From Nitrosopumilus sp. (lineage in GTDB: Archaea; Thermoproteota; Nitrososphaeria; Nitrososphaerales; Nitrosopumilaceae): DNA of 64,000 bases. A model generated the notes under the pieces. That model worked only from the letters and a program-made list of their open reading frames with translations. It made no database searches and was not told the origin of the DNA. Each line of letters starts with the position of its first letter. Positions within the stretch are counted from its first letter, which is position 1. The translations under genes were made by a program, and so were the position numbers. This document shows, one piece after another, positions 40,748-51,249 of this stretch. The stretch lies in NCBI GenBank assembly GCA_965207445.1, contig CBDBLX010000002.1, positions 2,424,124-2,488,123 on the forward strand. The letters run 5' to 3'.

Positions 40748-42184
40748 TTGGAATTTAGAGAAGGGTTAACGTTTGATGATGTCTTACTTGTACCCAAATA
40801 TTCCGATATAACAAGTAGATCACAAACTAATTTGTCTACGAGACTCTCACGCAACATAACACTGAACATACCAATTGTCAGTGCCAATATGGATACTGTC
40901 ACAGAATCCGCAATGGCAGTGGCAATGGCACGCGCAGGTGGAATTGGAATAATACATAGATTCCTATCAATAAAAGAACAGTCCGAGGAAGTACTATTGG
41001 CAAAACGCTCAGGGAGTGTCATGATAGAGCACCCATACCTGATATCAGCAGAAAAGACCATACAAGACGCCAAAAACTATTCAGAGGAAAAGAGAGTATC
41101 AGGATTGCTCGTGGTATCTGACACATCTACAAAGATATTGCAGGGTATAATTACAGGGCGCGATATACGGTTTGCTAACCCCGATGATCTTGTATCAAAT
41201 GTTATGACTTCAGATGTAGTGACTGCAAGATTAGGTGTGAGTCTAGATGAAGCAAAAAAGATACTGCATGAGAATCGTATAGAGAAACTACCAATCACAG
41301 ACGAGGATGGTAAAGTCAGAGGACTAGTCACGTCTCGAGATATAATAAATACATTAGATTACCCAAAGATGTCAGTCGATGGTAAGGGTAGACCGCTTGT
41401 GGGAGCAGCAGTAGGTGTAAAGGGCGACTTTATGGAGAGAAGTGAATCATTACTTAATGCAGGGGCAGATGTCTTGGTTGTAGACATTGCACACGGACAC
41501 AGTGATAATGCTATGAATACTGTTCGAAATATCAAAAAAGCGTTTCCAGACTGTGAGTTAATTGCAGGAAATGTAGCTACAGCGCAAGGTGCAAAAGATC
41601 TTATCAGTGTAGGTGTTGATGCAGTAAAAGTGGGTGTAGGGTCTGGCTCCATATGCATTACTAGAGTAATAACCGGATCTGGTGTGCCACAACTAACTGC
41701 AGTAATAGATTGTGCCAAGGTAGGTAAGGACTGCGACATTCCAATAATATCTGATGGTGGAACACGTACATCAGGGGATGCAACAAAGGCATTGGCGGCA
41801 GGTGCCTCGTCTGTCATGGTAGGAAGCATGCTTGGTGGAACTGATGAATCACCAGGTACTGTTTTGACTAAAAATGGCAAGAGATTCAAAGTATACAGAG
41901 GTATGGCGTCACTTGCAGCATCCATTGGTAGAAAGTCCAAAGATACAGGATACGAGTCACTAGATGATGATCTCAACGACTATGTAGCAGAAGGTGTAGA
42001 AGCAATGGTCCCATACAAAGGTGGCGTCACGGATATATTAAAACAACTTACAGGCGGACTACGCTCTGGATTAAGTTATTGTGGAGCGCACACCATATCG
42101 CAGATGCAAAACAATGCAGAATTTATCAAAATGTCAAGAGCAGGATTTGCAGAGAGTAACCCACATGATGTCTCGCTAATGTAG
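40748..42184 (+). CDS. guaB: IMP dehydrogenase (with CBS domains)
   Basis: LTFDDVLLVP, SANMDTV, GVGSGSICITR, YRGMAS, AEGVE. Confidence 0.97.
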   Translation: MEFREGLTFDDVLLVPKYSDITSRSQTNLSTRLSRNITLNIPIVSANMDTVTESAMAVAMARAGGIGIIHRFLSIKEQSEEVLLAKRSGSVMIEHPYLISAEKTIQDAKNYSEEKRVSGLLVVSDTSTKILQGIITGRDIRFANPDDLVSNVMTSDVVTARLGVSLDEAKKILHENRIEKLPITDEDGKVRGLVTSRDIINTLDYPKMSVDGKGRPLVGAAVGVKGDFMERSESLLNAGADVLVVDIAHGHSDNAMNTVRNIKKAFPDCELIAGNVATAQGAKDLISVGVDAVKVGVGSGSICITRVITGSGVPQLTAVIDCAKVGKDCDIPIISDGGTRTSGDATKALAAGASSVMVGSMLGGTDESPGTVLTKNGKRFKVYRGMASLAASIGRKSKDTGYESLDDDLNDYVAEGVEAMVPYKGGVTDILKQLTGGLRSGLSYCGAHTISQMQNNAEFIKMSRAGFAESNPHDVSLM

Positions 42185-42310
42185 TCTTTTTTGTATTAAC
42201 AAATATTTGATATTACTTATGTGTAAATATTATGTGTAAATATTATGTGTAAATACAAAGTTTGTAAATGTTTTATTTTTAATCAAGTAGAATCACCAAG
42301 AGCGCATACC

Positions 42311-42442
42311 TTACTCCCCACCCTCGTGTGTCCAACCACAAATTATGCATATAATGCGAGACTTATCAGGTGGCACAACTATGCCATCTTTTCTTCCACA
42401 GTCAGGGCACGGCAACTGATCATCCACATACGTTCTTGTCAT
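42311..42442 (-). CDS. 43-aa zinc-ribbon microprotein (not in ORF track)
   Basis: MTRTYVDDQLPCPDCGRKDGIVVPPDKSRIICIICGWTHEGGE. Confidence 0.6.
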   Translation of the reverse strand: MTRTYVDDQLPCPDCGRKDGIVVPPDKSRIICIICGWTHEGGE

Positions 42443-42520
42443 GTTATATTATTATTATATTATTTTTTAACCTATACGAACATAATAAAGATTTTTATAT
42501 GAACATGGTATATTAAAAAT

Positions 42521-42685
42521 ATGGACTGCCCACGTTGCCACACCAAATGTGAACCCAAAATTATACGACTTTGTGAGATATGCCGACGTGGCGAGATGTA
42601 TGACTATGTGTGCCCAGAGTGTGACGAGAGTTGGGGATGTGGATGTACTGGTGTCGGATGCAATGGGGCCAATAAATACGCATAA
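42521..42685 (+). CDS. 54-aa Cys-rich microprotein (not in ORF track)
   Basis: MDCPRCHTKCEPKIIRLCEICRRGEMYDYVCPECDESWGCGCTGVGCNGANKYA; 10 Cys; TTTTTATA about 25 nt upstream. Confidence 0.65.
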   Translation: MDCPRCHTKCEPKIIRLCEICRRGEMYDYVCPECDESWGCGCTGVGCNGANKYA

Positions 42686-42813
42686 TCTAGATTATAGTGT
42701 TTTGATTAAAGATTAGATAAATTTCTCAATTTAGTATATGTGTATAGTTAATTTATCGTAAAATTAAAATTTGTTATTAATTATCTGATGTGTGATTGTC
42801 GAGCTCTCACATA

Positions 42814-45765
42814 TCATACAGAGCAAGCGCTAAATCCACAATGATGGCAATAAGCACAACCTTCAGCTAATATTACTTGTTGATCGCATATTGGACATGT
42901 GCGATCTACATTTGAGTCAGGTGTTATAGTAACTGTAGAATGTATTGTCTCAGTAGTTGGTTTAGTGTTATTGTTACTACTACCCATTGCAAAATATTGG
43001 TGATTGGTAGGGTTTTTTGTCTCAACAGTTGGTTTAGTGTTATTACCACTACTAGATGGTTGTTGAGGAGCTGATACATATGGGACCTCCATTGCGTCTA
43101 CGGCAACTTGTTTATTGCTTGTCGGGACAGTAATTTTGTCGATATTTTTCACAATGTTATCAGTTTTGTCATTAGATGCAAATGCATAGGATAGCACATC
43201 ACGCACGTACTCACTACCACGTTGTATCTGCTCTATTATACTACGCGTGATGTCAGATACATCACACATTATAATATTATCAGCAGAAATTGCCTTTTTG
43301 CCACCACCTATTGCAGAATCTACATCTTCCATACCACTAGCTGTTTTCGTAGTAGATGCATCAGACTTGCCATGGTGCAGCACCTGTTTGTCGCGTGAAC
43401 CATCTCGGTATACAGTAATACCCTTTAGTCCAAGCTCGTGTGCCAACGCGTATGCAGCCTTTACATCATTAACATCAGTACCAGAAGGCATGTTAATCGT
43501 CTTGCTAATACCATTTGATATCCATCGTTGCCATACGGCCTGAGCCATCAAGTGATCTGCCCAATGAATGTCAGCAGCAGTCACAAAGACACGACGTAGA
43601 TCCTCTGGCATCTCTTCATCAGCATATATGCTACCACCCATCTCAGTTATACGCTCGGCGACCTCCTCACTGTATAATCCCCGTGCTTCTAATTCTGTAC
43701 GCAGATCGCGATTAGCATAATAAAAACTCCCCACCGTCACATGTTTTTCATATGATAGTGCAAATACAGGCTCCATACCATTACTACAACTTGCAATCAT
43801 GGCAATGGTGCCAGTTGGTGCTACTGTTGTAGTCACTACATTACGTATACCATGCTGTATGATACGCTTGGTAAGTCTGTCCCAGTCACATGTACATCCG
43901 CGCAACGGTGAGTCTTCAGGTCCCATACCATCGTCGCGCGCACCAGCCACAGGAAGCAATCCTTTTACATAATCTGTCTTTTCAAATAGACCAAACGTCC
44001 CACGAGTCTTTGCAAGATTCACAGATTCGTCCATTGAATAATATGTCAGATACTCTGCCAATTTTGATTGTAGTGCAAATCCCTCTTTAGAGTTGTATGG
44101 TATACGCATCTTGTACAACAAGTCAGCAACACCCATAACACCAAGTCCAATACGTCTAGATTCTTTAGCAGCACGTGCAATCTCAGGTATAGGATATTGA
44201 TTCATGTCAACAACAGCATCAAGAAATCGTGTAGTTGTACGTATAGCACGCACATATTGTTCCCAGTCAAACGTACCGTCTGCTGCAATTAATCCTGCTA
44301 CATTGATAGAGCCAAGATTACATGACTCATACGGATACAGACTTTGTTCGCTACAAGGATTCGTAGCTCGTAAGGGCCCACCGCGTGCGCTTGCAAACAC
44401 ATTATGAGTATTGGAATTGTCAAAAAATATCAACCCAGGTTCAGCAGACATATATGCACTTTCTGCTATATCGTTGAACAGTTTTCGTGCGTCTGTCTCA
44501 CCAGTGATCTTGCCATTACGTGGATTGTGCGATGCGTACTTTGTACCTTCCAAGACACACTTCCAAAAATCTTCCCATATACCGACGGATACGTTAAAGT
44601 TTTCTAGAACGCCTGGTTTTTGTTTTGCACGGATAAACTCTCCAATGTCAGGATGCCACACCTCCATTATGCCCATATTTGCGCCACGTCTCTTGCCACC
44701 TTGTTTAACAACATTGGTAATTGAATTTATAATCTCCATAAATGATACCGGTCCTGATGCGACACCCGACGTGCTAGCAACAGTGTCACCAGATGGTCGC
44801 AAGTCCGAATAGTTAATTCCAACACCTCCCCCGGATTGGAATATCATAGTTGCATCAGATGCAGTCTTCATAATACTACCAAGTGAGTCATCCATTCCCA
44901 ACACAAAACATGCAGACAGTTGTCCCAAACGGCCACCAGCGTTCATGAGTGTCGGGGAATTGGGCATAAATTTTTGAGATATCATCAGTCCATAATATTG
45001 ATCTATACTTTCTGACACATGCTCAAAGTCACCGCGCGCCATCATATCAAGTAGATTCTTAAATGACACAGATATGCGCGGTGCTACATCCACGTATGCC
45101 TTTATCAGAGCACGCAAGTGCCATTTGTTGAGTGTGTATCGGCCTATGTTTAATTTGCCATCAAAACTATCCAGTAAGCTAAAGTATGACATTGCATCTT
45201 CTCTGCGTATACGTACATCAGTATCAGTAGCAAAACCTTTTTGGGCAATTGATTCATCATGCACCAAGTCCGCAAGCCCCATCATCAAGGCCACACGCTC
45301 AAACATCTGTTTTGGTGTCTCTACTATATCCCCAGCATCATCTCTGAACAAGTATCTAGAAGCCATTACACGTAGACACGCTATATCAAATTTTTTTGAG
45401 ACATCACACAATCGTACGCGCTTTCCTAATATCTCTTGTTTTTCAGCCCTAGCCTGACGGTGTTCATGCCTATATCTGATATAGTCACGGGCGATCTGCA
45501 CATGACCTTCATCAAGCAATGCAGTCTCTACCATGTCCTGTACATCTTCAACTGTCAATACACGACGTGAATGATCAGTGAGTTCTATACGCTCCATCAC
45601 AGTTCTGCTGACTTTGTCTGCTATACTCTCAGCATCCATACCACTTGATTCAGCAGCGGCCTTGTGAATGGCATTCTTTATGAGACTCTGATCAAAGACA
45701 GCTTCCGTCCCATCCCGTTTTCTGATAGATTGTACTGGGACAGTAGAGGTTGTAGTTGATGACAA
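42814..45765 (-). CDS. nrdJ: Class II (adenosylcobalamin-dependent) ribonucleotide reductase with ATP cone
   Basis: IRKRDG ATP cone, PNSPTLMNAG, LSACFVL, RRGANM, ATNPCSEQ, SCNLGSIN, VAPTGT, C-terminal CxxC..CxxCG..C. Confidence 0.95.
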   Translation of the reverse strand: MSSTTTSTVPVQSIRKRDGTEAVFDQSLIKNAIHKAAAESSGMDAESIADKVSRTVMERIELTDHSRRVLTVEDVQDMVETALLDEGHVQIARDYIRYRHEHRQARAEKQEILGKRVRLCDVSKKFDIACLRVMASRYLFRDDAGDIVETPKQMFERVALMMGLADLVHDESIAQKGFATDTDVRIRREDAMSYFSLLDSFDGKLNIGRYTLNKWHLRALIKAYVDVAPRISVSFKNLLDMMARGDFEHVSESIDQYYGLMISQKFMPNSPTLMNAGGRLGQLSACFVLGMDDSLGSIMKTASDATMIFQSGGGVGINYSDLRPSGDTVASTSGVASGPVSFMEIINSITNVVKQGGKRRGANMGIMEVWHPDIGEFIRAKQKPGVLENFNVSVGIWEDFWKCVLEGTKYASHNPRNGKITGETDARKLFNDIAESAYMSAEPGLIFFDNSNTHNVFASARGGPLRATNPCSEQSLYPYESCNLGSINVAGLIAADGTFDWEQYVRAIRTTTRFLDAVVDMNQYPIPEIARAAKESRRIGLGVMGVADLLYKMRIPYNSKEGFALQSKLAEYLTYYSMDESVNLAKTRGTFGLFEKTDYVKGLLPVAGARDDGMGPEDSPLRGCTCDWDRLTKRIIQHGIRNVVTTTVAPTGTIAMIASCSNGMEPVFALSYEKHVTVGSFYYANRDLRTELEARGLYSEEVAERITEMGGSIYADEEMPEDLRRVFVTAADIHWADHLMAQAVWQRWISNGISKTINMPSGTDVNDVKAAYALAHELGLKGITVYRDGSRDKQVLHHGKSDASTTKTASGMEDVDSAIGGGKKAISADNIIMCDVSDITRSIIEQIQRGSEYVRDVLSYAFASNDKTDNIVKNIDKITVPTSNKQVAVDAMEVPYVSAPQQPSSSGNNTKPTVETKNPTNHQYFAMGSSNNNTKPTTETIHSTVTITPDSNVDRTCPICDQQVILAEGCAYCHHCGFSACSV

Positions 45766-45786
45766 TACAATACGAAATATAATGTC

Positions 45787-45821
45787 TTATATAACACTTT
45801 ATGAATATTTGATCAAATATT
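45787..45821 (-). promoter_or_regulatory. nrdJ TATA box (45787-45794) and perfect 18-bp palindrome AATATTTGATCAAATATT (45804-45821)
   Basis: TTATATAA 22-29 nt upstream of the start; palindrome read directly. Confidence 0.5.
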
Positions 45822-46256
45822 TATGACATCTCAATTTATATCAGTAAATATATATTTAAAAATGATCAATGTCTAATTTTATATTTGTATGTGATTATAA
45901 TAATGAGCTTGTTTTTGCCGCTAACAACCTCAACAAGTAATTACCTTTTATTTGAAATTCTAAAAAATGTAGTAAATATACAATAAATATGTATAGATTA
46001 TTCCATAAATATGAATATAATTAGGCATAATTTCCGGCATAATTTCCGGCATAATCTTCAACACAATTTTATGGTTCACTCGGAACAAAACATATTCATC
46101 TTACAAAACTCAATAATCCAAAATGCAGTTGATTGAATCAAGATTAGATTAGAAACCGACTCAGTTAACATGGCACACCTTAACAATAAAGTGCTTGAGA
46201 TGAATCAGTAATGGCTGACACTTAATCTTTTTATTCAGAGTAAACTATCTTATGTT

Positions 46257-46724
46257 ATGTGGTCACGAATAACCGTAATAGGTGTAATAATCGGCGCTAT
46301 TATCATAGGAATTGGAGCATCATCGTTTGTGCTTCACCTAGGGCCAATCACAGTAGAGGAAAACTACACGGTATTACAAGGTGAATCAGTCTCATATTTG
46401 ATACCCGCACCTGAGAATACAAATCAAGTCATGAAAATAACAGGAGATAGATTTAGTGTTACGCTATCTAGCCCAGGTGATGGGCTTCAGTTATCAGATG
46501 CAGAATATCGTGACAATGCGACGCTACAATGGACACATGTAGAGTCAGGTGACACTACCATTTACATTAAAAATATTGGAGGAGATGAGTTATTTATCAA
46601 ACCTACAATAATTCGAAGTTCAGATCCGATCTGGATAGCATTTGACTTTATGGTGATAATATCGGGAATTATAATAATCGGGTTTAGTTTAGGATTTGCA
46701 ACGCGCAGACCAAAAGGATTCTAA
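46257..46724 (+). CDS. Hypothetical membrane protein
   Basis: Hydrophobic helices at both termini around a beta-rich domain. Confidence 0.75.
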   Translation: MWSRITVIGVIIGAIIIGIGASSFVLHLGPITVEENYTVLQGESVSYLIPAPENTNQVMKITGDRFSVTLSSPGDGLQLSDAEYRDNATLQWTHVESGDTTIYIKNIGGDELFIKPTIIRSSDPIWIAFDFMVIISGIIIIGFSLGFATRRPKGF

Positions 46725-46869
46725 TTGTAAGCACAGCAACACTAAAGACTACCACAAATTTAGAATGTGTTTTGTAGTATTAGACAAAAATTAATCATGT
46801 AATATAGTGTGAGATATAGTGTGAGATATAGTGTGAGATATAACAATGTGAGGATCGTACTATAATCAT

Positions 46870-47712
46870 TTATTTGTGAGATGGTTCTTTAACTGATGGG
46901 TATGACCCCAACACGCGCACAAACGCATTCTTGCCTATAGTTTTCATCATATGTGACACACGAGGATCATCTACATGTCCCTCAAAGTCAACGTAAAAGT
47001 TGTACTCCCATGCATTTGTTTTAGTTGGCCGTGACTCTATCTTTGTCATGTTTACGTTATTATGATAAAATGTCTCTAGTATCTTGTACAAAGAACCAGG
47101 CTCGTGTTTAATTGAGAACGTTATAGAAGTCTTGTCGTATCCTGTTGCTGACATCTTTTTGTCCTTTGAGAGTATCAAAAATCGAGTATAATTGTGCGTG
47201 TTGTCTGCAATGTCTTTAGTTATTATTGGAACATCATATAACATAGCAGCATTCTTGCTTGCAATACCTGCTATTGTGACATCATCTGCGTCATCACTGA
47301 TCTTTTTAATGCTTCCTGCAGTATCGTAAGCCGGCACAGCTCTAATCTCATGCTCTTCTAAAAACTGTCTACATTGACCTAGTGCCTGAGGATGAGAGTA
47401 AGCAACCTTGATTTGTTCTAGTGTTCCATACCCTATCAAACAGTGCCGTATCCTTTGACGTATTTCACCTGATACGATAAGAGGAGTCGACATTAATAGA
47501 TCATAACTCTCACCTACACTCCCTTCAATTGAATTTTCAACAGGTAGTATAGTATATTCAGTATCACCACCCACAGTACTATGTAGTGCCTTTGAAAAGT
47601 TTTCATGTGGAACAGTCTCTATATTTGTATCAGAAAAAAAAGAGACAGCAGCTGCCTCACTATACGCACCTCGTTCTCCTTGGAACGAAACTCTAACTGT
47701 CATTATTGTCAC
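46870..47712 (-). CDS. pheA: Prephenate dehydratase
   Basis: FQGERGAYSE, PVENSIEG, SHPQALGQC, NYTRF, ESRP ACT domain. Confidence 0.95.
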   Translation of the reverse strand: MTIMTVRVSFQGERGAYSEAAAVSFFSDTNIETVPHENFSKALHSTVGGDTEYTILPVENSIEGSVGESYDLLMSTPLIVSGEIRQRIRHCLIGYGTLEQIKVAYSHPQALGQCRQFLEEHEIRAVPAYDTAGSIKKISDDADDVTIAGIASKNAAMLYDVPIITKDIADNTHNYTRFLILSKDKKMSATGYDKTSITFSIKHEPGSLYKILETFYHNNVNMTKIESRPTKTNAWEYNFYVDFEGHVDDPRVSHMMKTIGKNAFVRVLGSYPSVKEPSHK

Positions 47713-48308
47713 CGTACAGTAGTTTTGGTAACATGATTCAAAGGTACACTATTGTTCACAAAATCAGCATTGTTAAACTTGTTTGATAGTTTACGCTCGT
47801 CAATCCACGAGCATTCAGTACATTTTATCACATCTCGAAGTGGCACTACGGAACCTACGCATTTACGACATTTGGTAAAGATAACACCAAACTCAGGGCC
47901 ACTCATGGAGCTGTGTATAGTGCCATTGAGACTACCCAATATGCGCAGAGTTACTATATCTCCTTCTAGCGCAATGATCTTTCTTCGTATGTTACGTGTA
48001 GGACACACACACTCGACCTTTGAGGTAGTGGGAACGCCATTGATGTAATCAATACTTACTGCAATCATAGAAGACATTACTGCCGCTACAGTACCAATGA
48101 CAACATCATCTTTTTTCGGAATACAAGGTGCCACTTTATGTGTGACACTTACTGTTCGTGTTTCTTTGTCTATTACCTTTTGACCTATTGCAGTTGCTCT
48201 TACCATATCCCCATCATCAAATGTGTTTGCACCTGCTTCGTATTCTTCAATAGATGCAATTTTTTCACCAGGTAATATGGTTATTGTTGTGTCATTTGTA
48301 ATTGACAT
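47709..48308 (-). CDS. csl4: Exosome RNA-binding subunit Csl4
   Basis: LPGE.IA..EEY..G, S1 domain, GVI.TKCRKC...C.EC...ERK. Confidence 0.92.
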   Translation of the reverse strand: MSITNDTTITILPGEKIASIEEYEAGANTFDDGDMVRATAIGQKVIDKETRTVSVTHKVAPCIPKKDDVVIGTVAAVMSSMIAVSIDYINGVPTTSKVECVCPTRNIRRKIIALEGDIVTLRILGSLNGTIHSSMSGPEFGVIFTKCRKCVGSVVPLRDVIKCTECSWIDERKLSNKFNNADFVNNSVPLNHVTKTTVR

Positions 48309-48732
48309 GCGCTACGGCATAAAGTAATGATTATAATTGTTTGTTAGTACTTGGAAATATAATATTTACATGGCCAAACATAGATTCAAAACAATTAATC
48401 ATATTGATTACATTGATAAAAAGTATACTCATTGTTTTTAAGATCGCATTATATGAATTAATAGCTCAGATAGTAATCTAATGGTTTTAATTGTCATTTT
48501 TAAATAATATGTAAGGTTTAAAGTTGTTTTATTTTTAAATGAGTATATTTATGGGAATGCTATATTTGTATTTTTGACTGTTAGTGTTCAAAATTATTTT
48601 CTAATTGTTATTTTTTGTTAAAAAGTAATTTATGTGATATAATTTATATTAATATAATATGTCCACACTAGTAAAATCCATTAAATGAAACATAGTAGTT
48701 TATGTGTAATAAATTAGACACTAACTTGTTAT

Positions 48733-48821
48733 GTAACCGTTCAACCCCCCCCCCCCCCTACCTGCACTAAAAATTAGGCGATGAATCTGTGTCTAAACTT
48801 GAGAATGAGCTGAACGGTTAC
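48733..48821 (+). mobile_element. Miniature inverted-repeat element, copy C (89 bp, poly-C expanded) with target-site duplication
   Basis: GTAACCGTTCA...TGAACGGTTAC flanked by ACTTGTTAT and ACTTGTTAC (8/9 direct repeat). Confidence 0.9.
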
Positions 48822-48936
48822 ACTTGTTACACTGAACACATACTGAGCATTACACTCAACATTACACTCAACATTACACTCAACATTACAACACACATTA
48901 ACAATCAATAATAAGCAAGGTTCAACAGTGTTGTTA

Positions 48937-50031
48937 ATGAAGGCACTTGTATATGACCGCTATACAACTGATGATAATTTTGATTCTATATTAGAGATCA
49001 GAGATATACCAATACCAGAACCAGGACCTAGTGATGTTATATTCAAAGTAGAGACAGCCGCACTTAACTATGATGACATATGGGGCATGAGAGGTAAACC
49101 ACTAGCAGTTCCTCTTCCACATATATCAGGTAGTGATGCAGCAGGTAAAGTTGTCAAGGTTGGGTTAGATGTTAAAAGCATAAAGCCAGGGGATAGAATA
49201 GTCTCACACGGTAATTTATCGTGTAGAATATGCAAGATGTGTACAAGCGGAGCCGAGTACAATTGTAAAAGCAGAAAGGTATGGGGATTTGAGACGGGCC
49301 CATTATGGGGCGGATACTGTGAATACACAAGATTACCAGAATCAAATGCAGTGAGAATTCCTGATAATGTCTCGTACGATGATGCAGCAGCCGCATCCAT
49401 GACGTTACTCACATCATGGCATATGTTAGTGAGTAGGGCTCAGATTAAACCAGGCCAAATTGTGTTAATAATGGGTGGCGCATCAGGTGTTGGAAGTTAT
49501 GGTATACAAATTGCAAAACTATACGGATGCAGAGTAATTGCTACTGCTAGCCGTGACAAACTAGACAGTCTGCTAAATCTTGGTGCAGATTATGCAGTTG
49601 ACCATCGCGCAGACGACTGGCATAAAAAAGTACGGCATATAACATCAAAGATGCCAAAACAGTACGGAGAGCCACTTGGGGTGGACATAATATTTGAACA
49701 TATTGGGGGAACACATTGGGGGAAAGAACTCGGGTTACTCAACTATGGCGGAACCATAGTAACCACAGGGGCAACTACAGGGTATAATGCTCCAACTGAT
49801 CTGCGACACATATTCTTCAAAGGAATAAACATACTAGGATCAACACAAGGCACACGAGCTGAGTTAGAACAGGGACTGTACTGGATGTCACAAGGAAAGA
49901 TACGCTCGATAATTAACTCTACATTTTCACTCAATAATGCAGCACTTGCGCACAAAACGATGCTGCGAGGAAAGGGATTGTTTGGGAAAATTCTAATCAA
50001 ACCTCAAATTATGACACACACTCAAAAGTGA
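48937..50031 (+). CDS. Zinc-dependent medium-chain dehydrogenase/reductase, paralog 2
   Basis: Collinear and highly similar to 2922-3998 (DIWGMRG, TLLTSWHMLV, TDLRHIFFKG, GLYWM). Confidence 0.9.
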   Translation: MKALVYDRYTTDDNFDSILEIRDIPIPEPGPSDVIFKVETAALNYDDIWGMRGKPLAVPLPHISGSDAAGKVVKVGLDVKSIKPGDRIVSHGNLSCRICKMCTSGAEYNCKSRKVWGFETGPLWGGYCEYTRLPESNAVRIPDNVSYDDAAAASMTLLTSWHMLVSRAQIKPGQIVLIMGGASGVGSYGIQIAKLYGCRVIATASRDKLDSLLNLGADYAVDHRADDWHKKVRHITSKMPKQYGEPLGVDIIFEHIGGTHWGKELGLLNYGGTIVTTGATTGYNAPTDLRHIFFKGINILGSTQGTRAELEQGLYWMSQGKIRSIINSTFSLNNAALAHKTMLRGKGLFGKILIKPQIMTHTQK

Positions 50032-50136
50032 TTACCAAATATGACAATAAGAGTCACTGTTTTACACAGGTGTATTTAATATCATCATTTATTATATAAT
50101 GAATATGAAAGTATGCAAGTAGCGTTGGGATGCCAC

Positions 50137-51153
50137 TTAGAGCCAGTGTTTAATCTGCAAATATTTTTCATCTTTTTCTGTAATATCTTTGCCTTGCAAC
50201 AACTGTATCAGCATTTTTGCCTGCGGTGTAGACAAAACTGGCTTGTCAAATGTATTATCAGTTGATATGCGCGGACAAGCTACTTGAATAAACGCATCAA
50301 TACCACGTATGTTTACAAGTCTCTCATTAGTGATATTAGTCATTGCAAAGAGTTGAACATCTTTATTTACTGACTCTAACTCGCGCTTGATTTGAAGTGC
50401 AAATGTTTTTGAGAGTTGGCCCTCTTTTAATCCCACAATTACACCAAACTTTTGAGCTTCTGCTGCCTTGTATATTGCAAGTGTGGCTTTTCGCTTTAGT
50501 TTTTGCGCAAATTCTGATATTTCACGAACTTCATTAAAATATGGATCGAGTACATATGTGGGTAAACCAGTAGATAGTGCTACTCCGGCGGCATGAAAGT
50601 TGCTCTGTCCCATAAACACATGAGCAGCAGACTTTTCTTTTGCGTTGTGAGCTGGATAGAACTCACAACCAAATACCTGTCCGTCGTTAAGCTGCCCCCC
50701 ACCTTTGCCAATTATTACATTTATGCCACCCTTTTGTTCTAGAATGGTCTTGACGGCATCTAATTGATGCAGATGCTGGCTGTCAGTCACTAGTGATACA
50801 GTCATATTTTGTAATTTTTTGGCGCACTGCATGGCGACTCGATCAAATGATACATCATCAAAAGCATTAATCAGGATAGTGTTCTTGCTTCCAGGTATGG
50901 TCTCTGAGTTTATTGTATGTCCAATGTTAAAATGAATATCAGCTCCCAGTGTTGCGGCCCCATTTGAGTTCAAGTCACATGTACCCCATGTAGTATCTGC
51001 TATTACATATGCAGGTATTGTGAATTTTTTTGTAATGTATGATGCTACATTTTGAACTTGAGGGAGCATTCCGTCGGGGCCATTAAGTGAAACTGATGCA
51101 GGTTTACGTTCTTGTATTATACTTGAGATCTTTTTAACATCGATTACTATCAT
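50137..51153 (-). CDS. dph2: Diphthamide biosynthesis enzyme Dph2
   Basis: WGTCD, GQVFGC, KEGQ, VACPRI (three Fe-S Cys). Confidence 0.93.
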   Translation of the reverse strand: MIVIDVKKISSIIQERKPASVSLNGPDGMLPQVQNVASYITKKFTIPAYVIADTTWGTCDLNSNGAATLGADIHFNIGHTINSETIPGSKNTILINAFDDVSFDRVAMQCAKKLQNMTVSLVTDSQHLHQLDAVKTILEQKGGINVIIGKGGGQLNDGQVFGCEFYPAHNAKEKSAAHVFMGQSNFHAAGVALSTGLPTYVLDPYFNEVREISEFAQKLKRKATLAIYKAAEAQKFGVIVGLKEGQLSKTFALQIKRELESVNKDVQLFAMTNITNERLVNIRGIDAFIQVACPRISTDNTFDKPVLSTPQAKMLIQLLQGKDITEKDEKYLQIKHWL

Positions 51154-51249
51154 GATGTGATCAACGTACCTATTAATTTAAAGCAATATTTGTAAGTGAT
51201 AGCAACAATAATGACAACAACAATAAATTCTCAAATTACACGATAACAC

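Noticed and set aside
42814..45765. Intein in nrdJ
   Set aside because: Catalytic motifs are normally spaced; the extra length is a low-complexity C-terminal linker with no splice-junction or endonuclease motifs.
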